A DNA stretch of 64,000 nucleotides from Myxococcota bacterium (GTDB lineage: Bacteria; Myxococcota_A; UBA9160; UBA6930): contig OZ245002.1 in assembly GCA_965223415.1 (NCBI GenBank), positions 2,464,001 to 2,528,000 of the forward strand. Direction: 5' to 3'. Positions 58,363 through 64,000 of this stretch are shown here, piece after piece. The notes below the pieces were generated by a model that worked only from the letters and a program-made list of their open reading frames with translations, made no database searches and was not told where the DNA came from. Every line of letters begins with the position of its first letter. Within the stretch, counting starts at the first letter, position 1. Made by a program: the position numbers and the translations under genes.

Positions 58363-58881
58363 ATGACCCTCCGATTGTCCACTCTCGCCAGCCCCCGCTC
58401 GCTCCTGCTGCTGGCGATAGCGGCGCTGATGGGTGCGCCGATCATCGTTGCGGAGCCGGCTTTCTCCGACCAGCCCCGGAAGATGTCCGTCACCCGCCGG
58501 CGGGACTACAGCTACGAGCGCGAGAAGCGCGAGCGCGAGCGCGCGGACGAGCGCGAGAAGTGGCGGGCGCACCGCGAGAAGCAGACCGACAAGTTCCTCG
58601 ACTACCTCGAAGAGGAGGAGTTCGAGGAGGTGAAGGCGCGGCGCGTCGGCACCAACGGCAAGGCTTGCATGTACGGCGTGAACGGCGAGGTGATCCACCG
58701 CCCGGCCGGCGCCATCTGCGACCGCGCACCCGGCCCTCGCCCGGAGGGCGCCGCCGCCGCCCCGGCCGCACCCGCCGCCCAGCCCACCACCTCCGCCCCG
58801 GCCAAGGAGCAGACCAAGGGCCGCTGCATCTACGGCAAGAGCGGCAAGCTCCTCTACGCCGCCCCCGACGCCGAGTGCTAG
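58363..58881 (+). CDS. Hypothetical exported protein with two Cys-bounded repeats
   Basis: Signal/TM segment, charged helix, then GKACMYGVNGEVIHRPAGAIC and GRCIYGKSGKLLYAAPDAEC. Confidence 0.7.
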   Translation: MTLRLSTLASPRSLLLLAIAALMGAPIIVAEPAFSDQPRKMSVTRRRDYSYEREKRERERADEREKWRAHREKQTDKFLDYLEEEEFEEVKARRVGTNGKACMYGVNGEVIHRPAGAICDRAPGPRPEGAAAAPAAPAAQPTTSAPAKEQTKGRCIYGKSGKLLYAAPDAEC

Positions 58882-58882
58882 C

Positions 58883-58950
58883 GAGACAAGGGGACGTTCC
58901 TTTCTGTCTCACGGCGAGCCGTGAGACAGAAAGGAACGTCCCTATGTCTC
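58883..58950. repeat. REP/REPIN-like inverted repeat, 33-bp arms with 2 mismatches (family A)
   Basis: GAGACAAGGGGACGTTCCTTTCTGTCTCACGGC-GA-GCCGTGAGACAGAAAGGAACGTCCCTATGTCTC; between convergent genes. Confidence 0.9.
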
Positions 58951-59232
58951 ACTCAGCTCGTTCATCGCGGCGGCGAGCTCGACGTCGCTGCGGGTGATGC
59001 CGCCGGAGTCGTGGGTCGTGAGATCGACGACGACGCGGTTCCAGACGTTGGACCACTCGGGGTGGTGGTCGCGCTTCTCGGCGACGAGCGCCACGCGGGC
59101 CATGAAGCCGAAGGCCTGGTTGAAGTCGGCGAAGCGGAACTCCCGGTGGAGCTTGCCCGCCAGGACGCTCCAGCCCTCGAGCTCCGCCAGCGCCGCAGCG
59201 AGCTCGGCCTCGCCGAGGACCGGCCGCGCCAT
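58942..59232 (-). CDS. Pterin-4-alpha-carbinolamine dehydratase
   Basis: F-x-DF-x-x-[25 protein letters not shown]. Confidence 0.95.
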   Translation of the reverse strand: MARPVLGEAELAAALAELEGWSVLAGKLHREFRFADFNQAFGFMARVALVAEKRDHHPEWSNVWNRVVVDLTTHDSGGITRSDVELAAAMNELSET

Positions 59233-59243
59233 CCCCCGTCCCC

Positions 59244-60635
59244 TCAGTCGTCCTGGTGGATGGCCTTGGTGAAGGCCTTCAGCAGCGCCTGCCGGATCGT
59301 CGCCCGGTCGGCCCGCTTGTAGACCTTGCGGAAGGCCTTGAGCGGGATGATGCCCTTGGCCATCGAGCGGTGGCCGCCGCCGACGCCCAGGCCCTCGACC
59401 ACCGCGCGCACGACCTCGCCGGCCGCCCGCACGTAGCCCACGTTCCGCACCGAGAACACCAGGTCGCCGCCTACGATGCCCGCGGCGATCGCCCACTCGG
59501 CGCCCTCGGCCTGGAGGCCCAGGTCGGCCACCTGCGGGATCACGTCCTCGCGCACCCGGCCCAGCACGAGCAGGTGGATGCCCTCCTCGACGCTCGTCGA
59601 CGAGAGCGCCCGCCCGAGGGCCCGCAGCCCGTCGGCGGGCAGGGCCGGCCGCTCGATCCGCCGCAGGAGAGCGGGGCTGTGGCAAGCGTGCAGGGTCGCG
59701 AAGGCCTGCATGTCCGCGGAGCTGGTATCCCGCCCGAGCAGCTGGGTATCGCTCTTGATCCCGTACAGGAGCGCGGTGCCGAGCTTCCCGCGGATCTCGG
59801 TGCCGGCGGCCTGCAGGTATTCGGTCATGATCGTTGCCGTGGCGCCGTAGGCGGTGCGAATATCCTTCACCACCGCGTCGTAGCCGGTGCGCTCCGGGTG
59901 GTGATCGATCACCACGTCCACCGAGAGCACCCGAGCGGGGGGATGCTCACCGAACACCGTCGGCTGCACGTCCACCAGCGCGAGCCCGTCGAACTCGTCC
60001 AGCTCCTCCGGCGCGATGGTGCGCACCTCGATGCCGAGGGCCTGCACCATCGCCAGGTTCTCCGGCCGCTTCACCTCGCCGAAGGAGACCAGCGGCGCGG
60101 TCGGGGACTTGCGGCCGAGCAGGATGCGCAGGGCGTAGCCGGCGGCGATGCCGTCCGGGTCCGGATCCGGCTGGAGCAGGATGCCGATCTTCTCGCGGCT
60201 GCCGAGCAGCTCGCGCAGGCGGACGACCCGGCGCAGGTTGCCCAGGTGGGCGAAGTCGAGGTCGACGTCGTCCCGGATCTGGGTCCGCAGGCCGGTACGT
60301 CGCAGACAGGTGTGGTCCGGGATGTCGTCGGCGTCGAGCCGGTCGGACATCACCAGGATGGGGGCGCCGGGCGCGGCCTCGCTCACCGCGGCGACCGCCG
60401 ATCGCACGAAGGGCCCGTCCTCGGTGACCAGCGCGAACTCGTCCCCTTCCTTGGGCTCGAGCTTGGCGATCGAATCCGCGGCGAGTCCGCCGGCCAGGGA
60501 GCGGAAGCCCGGCGGCCTGGCGCGGGACTCCTCCTCGCGAGGCACCCAGAAGAGCTCCTCGGCCTCGCTGGCACCGATCCGGGCCCAGAGACGGGCCAGC
60601 TCGGCGCCATCACAGATGATGAATCGGCTCGCCAA
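59244..60635 (-). CDS. DHH family phosphoesterase with N-terminal extension
   Basis: [42 protein letters not shown] start. Confidence 0.9.
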   Translation of the reverse strand: MASRFIICDGAELARLWARIGASEAEELFWVPREEESRARPPGFRSLAGGLAADSIAKLEPKEGDEFALVTEDGPFVRSAVAAVSEAAPGAPILVMSDRLDADDIPDHTCLRRTGLRTQIRDDVDLDFAHLGNLRRVVRLRELLGSREKIGILLQPDPDPDGIAAGYALRILLGRKSPTAPLVSFGEVKRPENLAMVQALGIEVRTIAPEELDEFDGLALVDVQPTVFGEHPPARVLSVDVVIDHHPERTGYDAVVKDIRTAYGATATIMTEYLQAAGTEIRGKLGTALLYGIKSDTQLLGRDTSSADMQAFATLHACHSPALLRRIERPALPADGLRALGRALSSTSVEEGIHLLVLGRVREDVIPQVADLGLQAEGAEWAIAAGIVGGDLVFSVRNVGYVRAAGEVVRAVVEGLGVGGGHRSMAKGIIPLKAFRKVYKRADRATIRQALLKAFTKAIHQDD

Positions 60636-60759
60636 TCCGATCCTGCTCCCACCCCGTCAGGTCGACGTCCGGGCCGCGTCCGCGGGGCCCGGCGCGCGAA
60701 AGTCTAGCCCTGCCCCCACCGCCGCACCCCCGGCCTGATCCCCGGGGGGATGCGCTCTC

Positions 60760-61968
60760 TCAGGTCGGTGGCCGGGCTCGGGCGAGGGCCAGGCAGCCGC
60801 CCCCCGCGAGCAGGACCGCCAGGAACAACGCGAACGCGGCCGCGTATCCCCCGGTCCGGTCCACGAGCAGCCCGGCGACCGGTGCCGCGGCGAGGAGCGA
60901 GGGCAGCCCGATCGGGCCCTGGAGCCCGAGGACCCGGGCAATCGAGCCGGCGCCGAAGCGCCCACCGACCAGCAGCGGATGGAGCGGCGCAACCCCGCCG
61001 GTCGCGAGGCCGATCCCGCCGGAAGCTGCGAGCGTCACCTCGTAGGACGGCGCGACGAGGATCAGTCCGAAGGCAGTGGCGCCCGCGGCGAGGAAGCCCA
61101 GGAGGATCACCTTTACGCCGAAGCGATCCGCCAGCGCCCCGGCCGAGAGGCTGCCAGCGAAGGCGAAGAATGCCATCACCGAGACCGACAGGGCGGCCGC
61201 ATCCAGGCTGGCACCCCCCTCGATCAGGAACTTCGGGAGGAATGGCCCGACACCCACCGGCAGGCAGAACACGAAGCCGAAGCCCAGGCCGATGAGCCAG
61301 AAGTCCCGGCTCCCGGCGAAGCCCGCGGCCGCGTCCTCCTCACCCGCCGGCACCGGGCTCGCCTCTGCGCGGCCGTCCGGGTGCTGCCCCGCGTCGCTGG
61401 GACTCACCACCACGCCGAAGGCCACCAGCGCGAGTGCCAGCGCGCCGCCGCCCAGCATCAGGGCCAGGATGGCGCTCCGGTAGTCGCCCCAGCCGAGTAG
61501 CCGCGCGGCCAGGAGCGGCACCACGAAGCCCGCCGCCGCCGGGCCGGCCGCCGCGACGGCCAGGGCCGTCCCGCGCCGGGCCTGGAACCAGCGCACGAGG
61601 ATGGCGTTCACCGGCAACGGCCCGAAGCCGGCGATGCCCACCGCGGCGAGCAGCAGCCCCGCCGCGAACATCCCGGCGGAATCCGCCATGCCCATGCCGA
61701 TCGCGCCGGCGCCCATCACCGCGATGCCCGCGAACATCACCTTGCGGATGGGTCCGCGGTCGACCACCGGGCCCAGCAGCGCGCCCGCGATGGCCAGGCC
61801 CGCGATGAAGGCTGTCATCCCGAGGCCCACCTGGGTGTCGCTCAGGGCGAACGCCTCGCCCACCGCGGGCACCAGCACCCCGAACGCCTGCAGGAGCCCG
61901 ATGCCGCACCCCTGGGCCAGCGCCAGACAGCCCGCTACGCGCCATCCGAGGAAGCGGGGCCCGGCCAT
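60760..61968 (-). CDS. MFS transporter
   Basis: About 12 TM segments; GWRV, G-x-x-VDRG, WF-x-x-RRG-x-A, G-x-LADRFG. Confidence 0.92.
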   Translation of the reverse strand: MAGPRFLGWRVAGCLALAQGCGIGLLQAFGVLVPAVGEAFALSDTQVGLGMTAFIAGLAIAGALLGPVVDRGPIRKVMFAGIAVMGAGAIGMGMADSAGMFAAGLLLAAVGIAGFGPLPVNAILVRWFQARRGTALAVAAAGPAAAGFVVPLLAARLLGWGDYRSAILALMLGGGALALALVAFGVVVSPSDAGQHPDGRAEASPVPAGEEDAAAGFAGSRDFWLIGLGFGFVFCLPVGVGPFLPKFLIEGGASLDAAALSVSVMAFFAFAGSLSAGALADRFGVKVILLGFLAAGATAFGLILVAPSYEVTLAASGGIGLATGGVAPLHPLLVGGRFGAGSIARVLGLQGPIGLPSLLAAAPVAGLLVDRTGGYAAAFALFLAVLLAGGGCLALARARPPT

Positions 61969-62021
61969 CGCCGCACGATAGCCCGCTTGCCCAGCGCCGC
62001 GTGGTTGCGGATCCTCGCTCC

Positions 62022-62861
62022 ATGAAGCGGGCGTTCATCGGCGACGTGCAGGGCTGCGCCAACGAGCTCGATCTGCTCCTCGCGCGCATCGACGACGAGC
62101 TCGGCCGGAGCGCCGAGGTGTGGCTCGTCGGCGATCTGGTGAACCGCGGCCCCCACGACCTGCGCGTGCTCGAGACCGTTCGGGCGCGTGTGGAGGCCGG
62201 CCGCGCCCGCGTCGTCCTCGGCAACCACGAGCTGCACCTGCTGCGCATCGCCTGGGGCCTGCGGGAGCCCGGCCCGCTCGACACGGTGCAGAAGCTCCTG
62301 GCTCGCCCCGACGCCCGGGAGTGGGTCGATTGGATCCGCCACCTCCCCCTCGCCCTCACCGGCAAGCTGGGCCAGCGCCGCTTCGCCATGGTCCACGCCG
62401 CCAGCAAGCCCGGCTGGTCCCGCTCGCGGCTGGCCGAACGGGCCGCGGCGGCCGCCGAGCCCCTCGCGGCCCCGGGCGAGAAGACGGCCCGCCGCTACCT
62501 GGCCGGCGACGGCAGCCGCGAGCACGACGACCTGATGCGCCTCGTCTCCTGCCGCAGCGTCACCCCGGAAGGCTGGTCGTCCAAGACGCCCGAGGAGCTG
62601 CCCGGCGACGCCGTCCCCTGGCACGAAGCCTGGCGCGAGCGCCAGCACGGCCACGGCCTCGTCTACGGCCACTGGTCCCTGCAGCGCCTCCACGTGGCAA
62701 GGGGACTGCGCGGCCTCGACACCGGCTGCGTCCACCACGGCCGCGGGGTGAACGGCTACTTGACCGCCTGGGTGCCGGACACGAAGAAGGACGATCCCTT
62801 CGACGTGCCGGACGATCGGTTCTGGCGGGTGAAGGCGCGGAGGGCGTACTACCGGGATTGA
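62022..62861 (+). CDS. ApaH-like metallophosphoesterase (symmetrical Ap4A hydrolase family)
   Basis: IGDVQGC, VGDLVNRGP, LGNHE, VHA, YGHWS, LDTGCV. Confidence 0.88.
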   Translation: MKRAFIGDVQGCANELDLLLARIDDELGRSAEVWLVGDLVNRGPHDLRVLETVRARVEAGRARVVLGNHELHLLRIAWGLREPGPLDTVQKLLARPDAREWVDWIRHLPLALTGKLGQRRFAMVHAASKPGWSRSRLAERAAAAAEPLAAPGEKTARRYLAGDGSREHDDLMRLVSCRSVTPEGWSSKTPEELPGDAVPWHEAWRERQHGHGLVYGHWSLQRLHVARGLRGLDTGCVHHGRGVNGYLTAWVPDTKKDDPFDVPDDRFWRVKARRAYYRD

Positions 62862-63392
62862 TGCGGCATGCGGACCGGTTCAAGGGGCGGGTGGCGTCTC
62901 ACCCTGGAGCGTCCGCAGGACGACCGCCGCACTGGAAGCGGTTCCATCTGCGCACAAGTCGTCGATGAAGTGTCTCCGAGTGCCTCGAGCACGCTAGCCC
63001 CCGTTGCCTAGCGGGCCTGCGGCCGAGCCCCCTGGAGCGCACCGAGGCCGGCCGTGGCGCTCAACGCCAGGAATAGTGAGGTGCACGCTCAGTGCCGAGG
63101 TCTCGGGTCACCTGCAGCGTCCCCCGCCCAGGGGCTTACATTCGTCGGTGAGCCGTTGCGCCTCCCCGGCCCATGCCTGTTTCGCGCTGCGCGCCGCACC
63201 CGCTCGCGCCCATGCCGGCCAGCTACCACCTTCGCGAGCCACCTGAGGTGGACCCAGGCAACCGCGCGTCGCAGCGACCTGCGGCGCCCGGCAAGCTGCA
63301 GCCGCTGATTGCGCGGCGCCGCCATGAGCCGCAGCAGAACGAGCGCGGTTCCCTGTCCTGCGGCCTCTCGCTGTGTGCGCGATCCTTGCGAG

Positions 63393-64000
63393 ATGGCGAG
63401 GACTTCGCGTTCCAGGACAGCGCAGGGCGTCGCGGCCGAACGTGCTGTGCTGGCGGGGATGGGTGTGATTGCCGACCCGTTCGCCCAGGACATGATCGGA
63501 CCGGCGATGGGAGGGATCGTCTGGCTCGTCCGCCAACTCCCAAACCGTGTGCGCGCGCGGTCCGCAACCCTGGCAGGGCTGGCCGCCCGTGTCCTGTGGT
63601 TCGACGCCCAGGTGGTTGGAGCCATTGAAGCCGGGCTTGGCCAGATCGCGGTGATTGGAGCCGGCTACGACAGTCGGGCGTGGCGATTCCGTCGGGACGA
63701 CGTGCGCTTCTTCGAGCTGGACCTGGGTGCAACGCAGCGAGACAAGATGAGCCGAGCTCCAGGGCCCGGGCCCACCTATGTTGAGGCCGACCTGGGGACC
63801 GATTGTGCCGCAGAGGCTCTTCAGCGGCATGGCCTCGACTCGAGCCGCCCGGCGCTCTTTCTCGTCGAAGGCGTGACGATGTACCTCGTTGAAGCCAGCG
63901 CCCTGCGTCAGCTTCGTGAGCTGGCGGCATCGAGCGCCGTCGGCAGCAGGCTGGCTGTGGACTTCTACCCGCCCCACGACGCTGGGACCTCGCGAAACAA
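63393..64000 (+). CDS. Class I SAM-dependent methyltransferase (LCM/TIGR00027-like), runs off the right edge of the window
   Basis: Manual translation: MARTSRSRTAQGVAAER...DPFA...AARVLWFD...IGAGYDSRAWRF...FFELD...YVEADL...VEGVTMYL. Not in the ORF track because it has no stop in the window. Confidence 0.85.
   Translation, partial: MARTSRSRTAQGVAAERAVLAGMGVIADPFAQDMIGPAMGGIVWLVRQLPNRVRARSATLAGLAARVLWFDAQVVGAIEAGLGQIAVIGAGYDSRAWRFRRDDVRFFELDLGATQRDKMSRAPGPGPTYVEADLGTDCAAEALQRHGLDSSRPALFLVEGVTMYLVEASALRQLRELAASSAVGSRLAVDFYPPHDAGTSRN

Noticed and set aside
62862..63390. tRNA/tmRNA or intact attC site at the compositional boundary
   Set aside because: No cloverleaf, T-loop or CCA end found, and no complementary RYYYAAC/GTTRRRY pair could be identified by eye.

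Overview
High-GC (roughly 70%+ by eye) bacterial chromosomal window, gene-dense and mostly housekeeping or metabolic. Gene content (DUF6178, PDZ/TM/GAF kinases, LuxE/LuxC, hopanoid transport) suggests Myxococcota or a related deltaproteobacterial lineage; this is inference. Contents: a Rrf2-sufBCD Fe-S operon with tandem IscR-like operators; an aminotransferase-LuxE-LuxC-sulfatase-like operon with a frameshift in luxE; folK, cysH, bioA, ltaE, nadE, aconitase, a P450 and a queuosine-salvage gene; two tandem paralogous sensor kinases; and VacJ/HpnM/HpnN-type lipid transport genes. No rRNA, tRNA, CRISPR array or transposase was recognised. The most notable observations are four. (1) A stand-alone 67-aa bacterial histone-fold gene with a Lys/Arg-rich N-terminal tail (32090-32293). 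(2) Two related families of REP-like intergenic elements (cores GGAACGTCCCC and GGAACYGGYCCC), several centred on a sharp local C-rich to G-rich strand-composition flip, which hints at a site-centred mutational process. (3) A possible fatty-amine pathway built from LuxE/LuxC plus a transaminase. (4) An aldo/keto reductase-Fe-S protein with an internal twin-arginine motif after two transmembrane helices. Family assignments are from motif recognition only; no database searches were run.
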